From: an uncultured Gemmatimonadaceae bacterium
GTDB taxonomy: Bacteria > Gemmatimonadota > Gemmatimonadetes > Gemmatimonadales > Gemmatimonadaceae
Direction of reading: 5' to 3'
Length of the DNA stretch: 64,000 bases
Assembly (NCBI GenBank): GCA_963817955.1
Contig: CAWFQK010000002.1
Location: 352,001 to 416,000 of the forward strand
The translations under genes were made by a program, and so were the position numbers. The notes under the pieces are model-generated. The model worked only from the letters and a program-made list of their open reading frames with translations. It had not been told where the DNA came from and did no database searches. Below are positions 43,752 through 53,481 of the stretch, in pieces (the first letter of the stretch is position 1; each line of letters opens with the position of its first letter).

Positions 43752-44093
43752 ATGCCCCCCAACTCATCACGCCGTGCGGTATACCGCGTCGTGTACCCCT
43801 TGTCCGAACGCCCGATCTTTCACGTAGAACGGTCGATATATGAAGTCATCGATTGTTCCGAAAAGGGGCTGCGTTGCGAGATCAACGGCCACCACAAGGT
43901 TCCACCGCTCGGCACTCAGCTACGCGGGTGCGTGCAGTTTCGCCGGGGAATGGAGATAGAAGTCACCGGCGAAGTGATCCGCACCTCGAGCAGCGAGATC
44001 GTGCTTGTCCTGGACAGACCAGGCCTGCCGTTCGTGGAGATCATGGCCGAGCAGCGCTACCTGCGCTCGAAAGGCTACACGCTTCGCGACTGA
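43752..44093 (+). CDS. Single-domain PilZ protein
   Basis: RAVYR (RxxxR) and DCSEKG (DxSxxG) c-di-GMP motifs. Confidence 0.75.
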   Translation: MPPNSSRRAVYRVVYPLSERPIFHVERSIYEVIDCSEKGLRCEINGHHKVPPLGTQLRGCVQFRRGMEIEVTGEVIRTSSSEIVLVLDRPGLPFVEIMAEQRYLRSKGYTLRD

Positions 44094-44154
44094 CGCGCGG
44101 CAACAGGAACGCCGTCGTATGGCAGCGCTCCTGTTGCCACGGGTAGCCTTCGTG

Positions 44155-44751
44155 TTACGCGGCGGCGCTTGTCGGTGCAGCCTGGCGCACCAGTTCGACG
44201 TCGATGGAGAGCTTTACCTCGTCGCTGACGACGACACCGCCCGCCTCGAGCGCCTGGTTCCAGGTGAGGCCAAAGTCGGCGCGATTGAGTTTGCCCTTCG
44301 CCGAAAAGCCTGCGCGCTCGCTTCCCCACGGGTCCATGCCGCGGCCCTCTGCTGACGCATCGAGCGTCACTTCCCGTGTCACGCCTTTGATTGTCAGGTC
44401 GCCGACGATCCTGAACTCCGCGAGCTCGCCCTCGATCCGCTTGCTGACGAAGTGCATCGTCGGAAACTTCTCGGCGTCGAAGAAATCGGGAGAGCGCAGG
44501 TGCGCGTCGCGCGGCTCCTGCCGAGTATCAATCGACGAAACGTCCACGCTGACATTGATCGTCGAGTTCGAAAAGTTCGATTCGTCGAACATGACCGTTC
44601 CTGTCACGGCGCCAAAACGCCCCCGGACGGTTGAGATCATGAGATGGCGGACCGCGAACCCGATTTCGGCATGGCTCTGATCGATCGTCCAAGTGCCGAC
44701 GCTGGTGCCGGTGAATGTGGCGTTGGTACCGACGCTGGTGGTGTTGGGCAT
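44155..44751 (-). CDS. YceI-family protein
   Basis: WTIDQSH, VRHLMISTVRGRF, RDAHLRSPDFFD, GDLTIKG. GGAGG RBS. Confidence 0.93.
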   Translation of the reverse strand: MPNTTSVGTNATFTGTSVGTWTIDQSHAEIGFAVRHLMISTVRGRFGAVTGTVMFDESNFSNSTINVSVDVSSIDTRQEPRDAHLRSPDFFDAEKFPTMHFVSKRIEGELAEFRIVGDLTIKGVTREVTLDASAEGRGMDPWGSERAGFSAKGKLNRADFGLTWNQALEAGGVVVSDEVKLSIDVELVRQAAPTSAAA

Positions 44752-44810
44752 TGCGTCCTCCAGTATAGATTGGTGAGATAAATTAGTGCTGCACTATTTC
44801 CTACTCGAAA

Positions 44811-44824
44811 ATGCATACATGAAC
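44811..44824. promoter_or_regulatory. Candidate MarR operator upstream of yceI (GTTCATGTATGCAT on minus strand)
   Basis: 12/14 match to the palindrome at the marR start. Confidence 0.55.
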
Positions 44825-44846
44825 TACTCGTCCAAATAGCCAGCGG

Positions 44847-45290
44847 CTATTGCAGGGCTGAGAGCATCCTCTGTACGGCCGCCCGATCAACACTTCCAAC
44901 GCTCGCAGCGAATTCCTCATGCAACCGGGCGACCACGGCAGCTCCCGCCGCTTGACGGGTGCGGCCCTCGTCCGCGATTTCGGCCTTCACTGACCTGCGA
45001 TCGTTCGGGCAGTTGATACGCCGGACCAGGCCGTCGCTTTCCAGGCGATCGACGAGCTGTGTCATATTCGAACGCACACAGCTGAGGCGCGCAGCCAACT
45101 CACTGAGCGCCAGGGGCGTATCGGCAGCCACGAGCTCGCTCAGAACGGAGAATTTAGGCGTCGACAACCCGACGCCTTCCAATGCGGCCTCGAGCCGTGC
45201 TTCGAGCGCATGGGCGGCCTGAAGAAGCATGAAGATCGTGGTATCCGGCGATCCGTTCGATCGATCCGCGTCTGGCGATAAATCATTCAT
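44847..45290 (-). CDS. MarR-family transcriptional regulator
   Basis: LSELAARL, TQLVDRLESDGLV, DRRS wHTH motifs. Confidence 0.9.
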   Translation of the reverse strand: MNDLSPDADRSNGSPDTTIFMLLQAAHALEARLEAALEGVGLSTPKFSVLSELVAADTPLALSELAARLSCVRSNMTQLVDRLESDGLVRRINCPNDRRSVKAEIADEGRTRQAAGAAVVARLHEEFAASVGSVDRAAVQRMLSALQ

Positions 45291-45325
45291 GTATGAATAG
45301 TACAGACAGAAACACCGTACGTCAA
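45285..45325 (-). promoter_or_regulatory. Leaderless sigma70 promoter of marR (TTGACG-N17-TACTAT-N6-ATG) overlapped by palindrome ATTCAT-NN-ATGAAT
   Basis: Read directly from the minus strand; palindrome at 45285-45298. Confidence 0.72.
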
Positions 45326-45356
45326 CGGGAACTGGTGCCTGGTTGTACTAGATGAT

Positions 45357-45390
45357 GAGGCCGGAGCGACAATGTCGCTCCGGCCTCTTT
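45357..45390. terminator. Strong hairpin downstream of glmS
   Basis: GAGGCCGGAGCGAC-AAT-GTCGCTCCGGCCTC 14-bp stem; no U tract in the glmS direction. Confidence 0.6.
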
Positions 45391-45419
45391 CGCATGTCTC
45401 GCCTCTGGCGTCTCGGCGC

Positions 45420-47246
45420 TTACTCCACCGTAACCGACTTCGCCAAGTTGCGCGGCTGGTCGACATTCAGGCCACGCTTGGCTGCGATGTAGTACGCGAG
45501 CAACTGCAGCGGGACCACCGTGAGTATTGGGTAGAGCATGTCCACCGTTTCGGGAATGCGGAACTCGTAGTCGATCAAGCCTTCCAACGCCGGTTCTTCA
45601 CGGCTCGTGATGCAGATGACCCGGCCACCGCGCGCTTTTACTTCCTGGATGTTCGACACGATTTTTTCGAACACCGAATCGTGCGGCGCAATGAACACGA
45701 CCGGCATGTTCTCATCGATCAGCGCGATCGGCCCGTGCTTCATCTCGGCGGCAGGATAGCCCTCGGCATGGATGTAGCTGATCTCCTTCAGCTTGAGCGC
45801 GCCCTCGAGGGCGACCGGGAAGTTGTAGCCGCGGCCTAGATACAGGAAATTCGACGCATCCTTGAACGCCTCGGCGATTGTCTCCATCTCAGTCGCCCGG
45901 TCGAGGATATGTTGCAGCTGCTTCGGCAGTTCCTCCATCGCCATGCAGATCTCGCGGCCACGCGCCACCGACATATCACGGCGCCGGGCAAATTTCAGCA
46001 TCAGCAATGCGAGCGCGACCACCTGGCTCGTAAACGCCTTCGTAGAGGCGACGCCGATCTCGGGGCCAGCGTGGAGATACACGCCGCCGTCGTCTTCACG
46101 CGCGATGGTTGAGCCAACGACATTCACCAATCCGAGCGTCCGCGCGCCTCGGCGTTTGGCTTCGCGCATTGCGGCCAACGTGTCCGCCGTCTCACCCGAC
46201 TGAGAGATGACGACGCACAACGAGTTCGGATTGACGATGGGATTGCGGTAGCGGAACTCGGACGCGTACTCGGTTTCTACGGGAATGCGTGCGTTCTCTT
46301 CGATCATCAACTCGCCAATGAGGCCGGAATGCCAACTCGTGCCGCATGCCGTGATGATGATATTGTTGATCTGCTCGAGGTCCTCGCGCGGAATGTTCAT
46401 GCCCCCGAGCTTGGAATAGCCGTCTTCTACGACGATCCGGCCGCGCATGGTGTTCATGATCGTCTGCGGCTGCTCGAAGATTTCCTTCAGCATGAAATGG
46501 GGAAAGCCGCCCTTCTCGATCTGGTCGAGATCCCATTCCACGCGGCTCACGCCCTTGCGCACGGGTCGCGCCGACAGATCGCACACCCGATACCCCTCGC
46601 GCGTGATGACGCCAACTTCACCGTCGTCCAGATACACCACTTGACGCGTATGTGCGAGGATCGCCGCCACGTCGCTCGCCACGAAGTATTCGCCTTCACC
46701 CACGCCGATGAGAAGCGGACTGCCCTTTCGCGCTGCGACGATCTTGTCCTTGTCGCGGCTCGACACGACCGCAATGCCGTAGGTGCCTTCGACGAGGTTG
46801 AGTGTGTCCATCACCGCGTCCTCGAGCGTCGTCTCGAAATTCTCCTCGATCAGATGCGCGAGTACCTCCGTGTCGGTCTCCGACACAAAGGTGTGCCCCT
46901 TTTCCTTGAGCACTTTGCGGAGCGCCGAGTAGTTCTCGATGATGCCGTTGTGCACCACGGCGATCGTCTTCGTGCAGTCCACATGCGGATGGGCGTTCGA
47001 CTCATTCGGCTGCCCATGCGTTGCCCAACGGGTGTGTGCGATCCCTACGGTGCCGTGTACCGGGTTCCCGGCCACGACGCTTTCGAGAAACGAGATCTTT
47101 CCTTTCGCCTTTCGCGTTTCCAGGCCGTTGCCATTGTTCATGGCGATCCCAGCCGAGTCATAGCCGCGATATTCGAGCCGCTTGAGACCCTCGATGAGCA
47201 ATCCGCTGGCCGCACGCGGGCCGATGTATCCGACGATTCCGCACAT
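45420..47246 (-). CDS. glmS: Glutamine--fructose-6-phosphate transaminase (isomerizing)
   Basis: MCGIVG, EYRGYDSAG, HTRWATHG, SQSGETADT, PRNLAKSVTVE. Confidence 0.98.
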   Translation of the reverse strand: MCGIVGYIGPRAASGLLIEGLKRLEYRGYDSAGIAMNNGNGLETRKAKGKISFLESVVAGNPVHGTVGIAHTRWATHGQPNESNAHPHVDCTKTIAVVHNGIIENYSALRKVLKEKGHTFVSETDTEVLAHLIEENFETTLEDAVMDTLNLVEGTYGIAVVSSRDKDKIVAARKGSPLLIGVGEGEYFVASDVAAILAHTRQVVYLDDGEVGVITREGYRVCDLSARPVRKGVSRVEWDLDQIEKGGFPHFMLKEIFEQPQTIMNTMRGRIVVEDGYSKLGGMNIPREDLEQINNIIITACGTSWHSGLIGELMIEENARIPVETEYASEFRYRNPIVNPNSLCVVISQSGETADTLAAMREAKRRGARTLGLVNVVGSTIAREDDGGVYLHAGPEIGVASTKAFTSQVVALALLMLKFARRRDMSVARGREICMAMEELPKQLQHILDRATEMETIAEAFKDASNFLYLGRGYNFPVALEGALKLKEISYIHAEGYPAAEMKHGPIALIDENMPVVFIAPHDSVFEKIVSNIQEVKARGGRVICITSREEPALEGLIDYEFRIPETVDMLYPILTVVPLQLLAYYIAAKRGLNVDQPRNLAKSVTVE

Positions 47247-47266
47247 AGTGATGTCCTTCGTGAGTG

Positions 47267-48637
47267 TTACGCGCCCAGCTTGTCCAACGGGACCCGTGAA
47301 CGATTGACCAACGCCAACGCTTCTTCACGGCTCGGTGCTTCAGCGATCACTCGCACGATCGGTTCCGTTCCCGAGGGCCGAACATGCACCCAGCGGTCCG
47401 GCCACGACAACCGTAGACCGTCCTGTGTGTCTGCCACGGCATCTGGAAAGGCCGACCGCAGGGTCTCGTAAACGGTATCGAGGCTCGCGCTTGGACGGTC
47501 CAGCTTGTCTTTCACGATCACGTACCGCGGCAGGCCTGCCACAATTTGCGATAACGACCTGTCCTCCTCGTGCAGTAATTGCAGAATCAACGCAGCACCC
47601 ACCGGCGCGTCGCGCCCAAGGTGCATTTCCGACAGAATCACCCCACCATTGCCTTCCCCGCCAATTGGCGCGCGCTCGTCGCGCATGCGCACGGCGACGT
47701 TCACTTCACCCACGGGGGCGCGAATGATTGGCACCCCTGCATCAATCGCGACGTCTTCCACGATCCGACTCGTCGAGAGGTTCGTGACCACCGTTCCGGG
47801 GGTGTGGCGCAGGACGAGCCGCGCCGCCAACGCCAGAGTAAAGTCCTCCCCAATGGCCTTGCCGGCATCAGACACGAGCGCCAGCCGATCGACGTCCGGG
47901 TCCACTGCAAAACCAATTGCCGCGCCGGACTGAAGCACGAGTCGTTCCAATTCTCCGAGGTTCTCGGCGACGGGCTCAGGAGGACGTGGAAAACGCCCGT
48001 CCGTCTCAAGGTTGATACTCGACACGCGGCAGCCGAGGCGATCGAGCAGGAGGGGCATGATTGCCGCTCCTGCCCCGCGCACACAATCGAGCGCGACGCT
48101 GAAATGGCGCTTTCGGATTCCCTCGATATCCAGGTACGGTATCGAAAGGACACGATCGATGTGTCGCTGAATGGCACAGTCGTCCGGCTCGATCTGCCCG
48201 AGCTCGTCCCAGTGCGCCCGCGGAATTCCCGTTTCCACCAGCGCACGCATCTCGACACCCTCGGCGTTTTCGAGGAACAGTCCGGTCGGTCCAATGAACT
48301 TGAGCGCGTTCCACTCGATTGGATTGTGGCTGGCCGAGATCATGAGGCCGCCGGCGGCGTGGTGATGCTCCACGGCGAGCTGGCAGGTGGGGGTCGTCGT
48401 GAGACCGATGTCGATGACGTCGCATCCCACTGATTGCAGCGCGGCCAGCACGACGCGGTGGAACATGGGACCCGAGACACGACTGTCGCGCCCAACGACT
48501 ACGCGCTTCGACAGGCCGCGGCTAGAGGCCCACGCACCGAATCCGGCGGCGTAGCGTGCGACCACTTCCGGCGTCAACGCCTCGCCGACGCGTCCGCGAA
48601 TCCCCGACACACTCACCATCAAACCATCGTTCGCCAT
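47267..48637 (-). CDS. glmM: Phosphoglucosamine mutase (alpha-D-phosphohexomutase)
   Basis: SVSGIRG, SASHNP, DPDVDR, GGEGNGG, RPSGTEP; upstream of glmS. Confidence 0.85.
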   Translation of the reverse strand: MANDGLMVSVSGIRGRVGEALTPEVVARYAAGFGAWASSRGLSKRVVVGRDSRVSGPMFHRVVLAALQSVGCDVIDIGLTTTPTCQLAVEHHHAAGGLMISASHNPIEWNALKFIGPTGLFLENAEGVEMRALVETGIPRAHWDELGQIEPDDCAIQRHIDRVLSIPYLDIEGIRKRHFSVALDCVRGAGAAIMPLLLDRLGCRVSSINLETDGRFPRPPEPVAENLGELERLVLQSGAAIGFAVDPDVDRLALVSDAGKAIGEDFTLALAARLVLRHTPGTVVTNLSTSRIVEDVAIDAGVPIIRAPVGEVNVAVRMRDERAPIGGEGNGGVILSEMHLGRDAPVGAALILQLLHEEDRSLSQIVAGLPRYVIVKDKLDRPSASLDTVYETLRSAFPDAVADTQDGLRLSWPDRWVHVRPSGTEPIVRVIAEAPSREEALALVNRSRVPLDKLGA

Positions 48638-48802
48638 TCAGCCTCCGTGAAGTGAGCGAAAACTAATCAAACCATGACGAGCAGGCTGTACGGGACGAAC
48701 CGTGTCGCGTGCCGACGATGGGCCGCCCATGGCGAGTGACTATTATTCGCGCTGGTTGAACTCGCCCCCCCTCGCCCAACGCTTGCCGCCGCCAATCGCC
48801 AC

Positions 48803-50080
48803 ATGCTCGATCCGTTCTCCCTGCTTCCCCTCGCCATCGCCTCGCACGGCGGACGCGTCGATGAATACGAGGCGCAGCAGCTCGTGGCCGCTGGACTCAC
48901 GCTGCTCCAGCGCAGCGCACCGCTGGTGCGGGCGCTGAGCGGAAAGCGGTCGGCGATTCTATTGCCCACTTCACCGGCGTTCTTTGTCGCCCTCGCGGCG
49001 TCCGAAGGAAGGGGCGCGGTGCTCGTGAACCCGCTGGCCGCGCCGCGTGAGATCTCTCATCAGCTAGACGATGCCAACGTCGGTGTGGTCTTCACGGTAT
49101 CGTCCCTCGCCGCCGGGGTGCCGGACACCCTCCCGATCGTGCTGCTCGATGATGCGCCGCGATCCGCCCGTGTGATTATCAGCGGAACGAGCCGCGACGT
49201 CGATCTCGGCTCCCATATCGGGCTGACCATCGAAGGGAGCGCCGATGCGCCAGGCAGCGATGGCGAGGCGGCGATCGTGTATACGTCGGCAATGGCCGGC
49301 CGACCAGTCGGTGCTATTCTGTCGCATCGCAACCTGCTGGCGAACGCCCGCTCGACGGTGATTGCGGCGCAGAACACGGCGGACGACCGCGTGCTCGCCC
49401 TTCTCCCGCTCTCGCACCTGTTTGGCCTCACCGTGACGGCCAATGGTCCGCTGCTCGCGGGAGCCAGCGTGTTGACTATGGCGCGCTTCAATCCGGCGCG
49501 AGCCGCAGAACTCATTGCCAGTGGAGAGGTTACGGAAGTGGTCGGCGTGCCGGCGGTGTTCCGCGTCCTACTCGCCGCTCTCGGACGTCTGGGCGGTTGC
49601 CCGAGTGGCGCGTTACGTCTGGCAATCTGCGGCGGCTCGCCGCTCTCGATTGACTTGCAGGACCGGTGGTTCGATCGCACCGGCGTGGAGTTGCGGCAGG
49701 GCTACGGGCTGACTGAAGCAGCTCCTGTCTGCCTGTTCAATGACAGCGCGCGGCCGAACGTCCGCGGCACCCTCGGTGTGCCATTTCCTGGGGTGGAGGT
49801 CGAGGTGCGGCAGCCGATCGAGTACGATGCAGACGGTTATGCCCGGGAGTCATCGCTCCAGACCACAGCACCCGAATGCGGAGAAATCTGTGTCCGCGGC
49901 GATAATGTGTTCCGCGGTTATGTGAACGGCGCGTCCGGCCTGCCCGTGCGCGATGGATGGCTGCACACGGGTGATCTCGGTTGCCGCAACGCCGACGGCA
50001 CCTTCAGCTTCACGGGACAGCTGAAGCCGTCCAGCGCTGGTGTGCCGAACGTCTCAGTGCGTACAAACAGCCGACGGTGA
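48803..50080 (+). CDS. Divergent AMP-binding (ANL superfamily) protein lacking the C-terminal subdomain
   Basis: YTSAMAGRPVG (degenerate P-loop), PLSHLFG, QGYGLTEA, WLHTGDLG, then stop within ~30 aa. Confidence 0.78.
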   Translation: MLDPFSLLPLAIASHGGRVDEYEAQQLVAAGLTLLQRSAPLVRALSGKRSAILLPTSPAFFVALAASEGRGAVLVNPLAAPREISHQLDDANVGVVFTVSSLAAGVPDTLPIVLLDDAPRSARVIISGTSRDVDLGSHIGLTIEGSADAPGSDGEAAIVYTSAMAGRPVGAILSHRNLLANARSTVIAAQNTADDRVLALLPLSHLFGLTVTANGPLLAGASVLTMARFNPARAAELIASGEVTEVVGVPAVFRVLLAALGRLGGCPSGALRLAICGGSPLSIDLQDRWFDRTGVELRQGYGLTEAAPVCLFNDSARPNVRGTLGVPFPGVEVEVRQPIEYDADGYARESSLQTTAPECGEICVRGDNVFRGYVNGASGLPVRDGWLHTGDLGCRNADGTFSFTGQLKPSSAGVPNVSVRTNSRR

Positions 50081-50090
50081 TTACCGTTCT

Positions 50091-51149
50091 TTAAAAACGC
50101 TCCTCAGCGTAGCGCAGAACCGTACGCGGCAGGAGTACCAGTTCGCCACGTTCGGCTGCCTGCACCAACGCGACAACCACGTCCGGATCGAACTGCGTCC
50201 CGCTGTTTCGCTGAATCTCTTCCACGGCCAGTTCGAGTGTCATTTCACTCGTGCGGTATGGGCGGTCGCTGGTCATGGCATCCAGCGCGTCGGCGGCGGC
50301 GGCGATGCGAGCTTCGAGCGGGATTTCGCTGCCACTGAACCCGTCTGGCACGCCGCGTCCGTCGAACCGCTCGTGATGCGACCGCACGATGTTCAGGGCG
50401 TTCGGCGTCTCCCCGAGCAACGGCGCAAGGATGCGCCACCCGAGCACCGGGTGCGTCATGATGTGCTCGTATTCTTCCGCCGTGAGGCGTCCAGCCTTGT
50501 TGAGGACCGATTCTCGTACACCAATCTTGCCGATGTCGTGGACGTGCCCGCCGAGCTCGATCTGTCGCAACATCTCCCCGTCCAGGCCCATCGACTGAGC
50601 GATGACGCTCGAGTAGTGGCTCACGCGTACAGAGTGGCCACGCGTATACGGGTCCTTGAGTTCGAGCGCTTCGGCAAGCGACTGCACGCTCGCCAGGAAC
50701 AACTCTTCGAGCCGCCGCGCCTGTTGCGCCACACGCTCCTCCAGGCTCTCGCGATAGGCGCGATTCTCGAGAATGAGCCGGCGCTTTTCCAGCGCCTGGG
50801 CGACACGGGCGCGGACGTCCTCCAGCTGATAGGGCTTGATGACGTAGTCGGCAGCGCCGATCGCCAGGCAGTTGACCGCGATCTCGACGTCCGCCACTGC
50901 GGTGATCATCACCACCGCGGCGTCGGGGAAGCGCGAGCGAATCTCCCGGAGAAGCTCGAAGCCGTCCATCTTCGGCATCCGGAGGTCGCTGAGCACGAGG
51001 ATGACGGGGTATATCTCCAGCTGTTCCAGCGCCTCGATGCCGTTTGCGGCCTCGACACACTGAAAGCCGTCGCTGCGCATCAGGTGCATCATCACCTGGC
51101 GCAGGCGCGGTTCATCATCGACGATCAAACAGTATGGTGCTGCGTCCAA
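50091..51149 (-). CDS. Response regulator with HD-GYP c-di-GMP phosphodiesterase domain
   Basis: REC (VDDE, SDLRMP), KDPYTRGHSVRV, HDIGK, HHERFDGRGVP. Confidence 0.9.
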   Translation of the reverse strand: MDAAPYCLIVDDEPRLRQVMMHLMRSDGFQCVEAANGIEALEQLEIYPVILVLSDLRMPKMDGFELLREIRSRFPDAAVVMITAVADVEIAVNCLAIGAADYVIKPYQLEDVRARVAQALEKRRLILENRAYRESLEERVAQQARRLEELFLASVQSLAEALELKDPYTRGHSVRVSHYSSVIAQSMGLDGEMLRQIELGGHVHDIGKIGVRESVLNKAGRLTAEEYEHIMTHPVLGWRILAPLLGETPNALNIVRSHHERFDGRGVPDGFSGSEIPLEARIAAAADALDAMTSDRPYRTSEMTLELAVEEIQRNSGTQFDPDVVVALVQAAERGELVLLPRTVLRYAEERF

Positions 51150-51224
51150 GCGGTCATTCCTGGTTCAGTTACGGCCCGTTCGGGGCGCGGTTATCTTCCG
51201 CACACCTACAACAAGAGTATCGTC

Positions 51225-52454
51225 ATGACGCGCGTTTTTGATGATGACCTGGGCGCAGGTTTTGGAACCCGGGCAATTCACGCCGGTCAGCGCCCCGACC
51301 CCCTGGCCGGTGCGATCATGACCCCGGTGTACCTTACATCGACGTACGTTCAGGAAGGATTGGGGCAGAACAAAGGGTACGAGTACGCCCGAGGCAAGAA
51401 CCCGACCCGTGAAGCCTTCGAGCGGAATGTGGCCGCGCTCGAGAACGGTCGCCATGGATTCGCGTTTGCGAGTGGCATGGGCTGCATTGACTCGATCATG
51501 AAGCTGTTCCGTGCCGGCGATCATATCGTCTGCGCTGAAAACGTCTACGGCGGCACATTTCGCCTGTTCGATCGGATTCTACAGCATCTCGGGCTCTCCT
51601 TCACGTACGTCGACACGCGCGATCCACAGCGCGTCGCCGATGCCATGACGCCCGCCACGCGGGCCGTGATCGTGGAGACGCCGAGCAACCCGCTCATGCG
51701 ACTCACGGACATCGCTGCCGTTGCCGACGTCGCGCACCGTCGCGATGCGATCCTCATCGTCGACAACACCTTTGCGTCGCCCTGCTTCCAGCGGCCCCTC
51801 GAGATGGGCGCGGACATCGTCTTTCACTCGACGACCAAGTACCTGAACGGGCACAGCGACATGATCGGCGGCTGCGCCATTGTCCGCGACGATGGCTTGG
51901 CTGAGCGTCTCCAGTTCATCCACAACGCGGCTGGCGCCGTGGCGGGCCCCTTCGACGCCTGGCTCGCGCTGCGCGGAACGAAAACGCTACACCTCCGCAT
52001 GCGCCAGCACGACGCCAATGGCCGGGAGATCGCCAAATGGCTGGTCGAGCAAGTGGGACACGAAAACGTGTACTACATCGGCCTGCCGACGCACCCGCAG
52101 CACGAGCTCGCCAAACGTCAGATGACAGGTTTCGGTGGCATGATCAGTGTCGAGCTTGGTTCGCGCGATCGCGCCGCGTACGTGCTCGGACGAGTTCGCA
52201 TCTTCGCGCTGGCCGAATCGTTGGGCGGCGTCGAATCGCTGATCAGCCAGCCGGCAGGTATGACGCACGCATCGGTTCCGGCCGAGCGGCGTGCCGCCAT
52301 GGGGCTCACAGACGGACTCGTCCGTCTCTCGTGTGGTGTGGAAGACGTGGCCGACCTGCTGGACGATCTGGAGCAGGCGTTCCACGGAATGCCCGAAGGT
52401 CGGACGGCGAGCGGCGAGCTACTGGCCCGCGCACGCGACACAATTCCCGTATGA
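51225..52454 (+). CDS. Cystathionine gamma-synthase/lyase (Cys/Met metabolism PLP enzyme)
   Basis: YEYARGKNPTR, ETPSNP, VDNTF, HSTTKYLNGHSD, AESLGGVES. Confidence 0.9.
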   Translation: MTRVFDDDLGAGFGTRAIHAGQRPDPLAGAIMTPVYLTSTYVQEGLGQNKGYEYARGKNPTREAFERNVAALENGRHGFAFASGMGCIDSIMKLFRAGDHIVCAENVYGGTFRLFDRILQHLGLSFTYVDTRDPQRVADAMTPATRAVIVETPSNPLMRLTDIAAVADVAHRRDAILIVDNTFASPCFQRPLEMGADIVFHSTTKYLNGHSDMIGGCAIVRDDGLAERLQFIHNAAGAVAGPFDAWLALRGTKTLHLRMRQHDANGREIAKWLVEQVGHENVYYIGLPTHPQHELAKRQMTGFGGMISVELGSRDRAAYVLGRVRIFALAESLGGVESLISQPAGMTHASVPAERRAAMGLTDGLVRLSCGVEDVADLLDDLEQAFHGMPEGRTASGELLARARDTIPV

Positions 52455-52506
52455 CGTTCGTACGGTTGTAGCGGCCAGTACGCTCACCCTCACCCCTCGG
52501 TCACTC

Positions 52507-53481
52507 ATGCCTACTCGCGTCCCGCTCGTCCAGATTTCGTCGCGCGCATGGGAGCATCCTGCGGATCGCGCGGCCCTCAACACGCTGCGCGCCATCCCGG
52601 GATTCGACGAGGTCGTGCGCAAAGTGGCCGGGTTCTTCGGCGAGCGTGGCATACGGCAACTGTTCCTCGGTGACTCGGTGAAGGTCACCGCCGGACAGCG
52701 TCCGCGCCTGAATGCCATGTGGACCGAAGTGCTGGAGACGCTCGACTGGCCTGAGCGCCCCGAGCTGTACGTGACGCAGACGCCGGTCGCCAACGCCATG
52801 GCCGTTGGCTTCGACAAGCCCTTCGTCGTTGTCCATTCCGGCTTGCTCGAGGTGCTCGACGAGGAGGAGCTACGGTCGATACTGGGACACGAGCTCGGCC
52901 ACATCATGAGCGGTCACCCGACGTATACGACCATCGCCCTGATCCTCATGTACTTCGGCCTGAGCAACCTGCCCTTCCTGGCAGCGACGGCCCTGCTTCC
53001 CTTCCAGCTGGCGCTGCTCGAGTGGCATCGCAACAGTGAGTTCTCCGCCGATCGCGCGGGACTGCTCGTCCAGCAGGACATCAATGTCGTGATGGGCGCC
53101 GCGATGAAGCTCGCCGGTGGAAAAGAGTACGGCGATGAGCTTCGCGTGGAAGAGTTCATTCGCCAGGCCGAGCAGTATGAGACCGGCGGCGGTGCGTGGG
53201 ACACGGTGCTCAAGATCATGAACACCGTGATGCGCACCCACCCCATGCACACCGTGCGCGCCGCGGAGTTGCTGCGCTGGCATCGCGCCGGCGGTGATGA
53301 CGCGATTCTCGCCGGCAATTACACGCGCCGCGATCAAGCTGGCAACGACAAGCCGCTGCGCGATGACTTCGCGGATGCAGCCGGATATTACGGCCAGAAG
53401 ACGCGCGAAACCGTCGATCAGTTCAAGGACGGGCTGAAATCCGCGAAGGACGCACTGAACACGGCCTGGCGCAATCGATGA
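52507..53481 (+). CDS. M48-family metallopeptidase
   Basis: WEHPADRAAL, ANAMAVG, GHELGHI, EFSADRAG, THP. Confidence 0.88.
   Translation: MPTRVPLVQISSRAWEHPADRAALNTLRAIPGFDEVVRKVAGFFGERGIRQLFLGDSVKVTAGQRPRLNAMWTEVLETLDWPERPELYVTQTPVANAMAVGFDKPFVVVHSGLLEVLDEEELRSILGHELGHIMSGHPTYTTIALILMYFGLSNLPFLAATALLPFQLALLEWHRNSEFSADRAGLLVQQDINVVMGAAMKLAGGKEYGDELRVEEFIRQAEQYETGGGAWDTVLKIMNTVMRTHPMHTVRAAELLRWHRAGGDDAILAGNYTRRDQAGNDKPLRDDFADAAGYYGQKTRETVDQFKDGLKSAKDALNTAWRNR

Noticed and set aside
44781..44797. CIRCE-like look of TTAGTGCTGCACTA
   Set aside because: Does not match TTAGCACTC-N9-GAGTGCTAA; kept only as a generic palindrome.
47247..47266. glmS ribozyme upstream of glmS
   Set aside because: Only 20 nt separate glmM and glmS, leaving no room for it.
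50040..51224. 804-aa ORF suggesting a fusion to cystathionine gamma-synthase
   Set aside because: N-terminal part is antisense to the HD-GYP regulator. The real start is ATG 51225.
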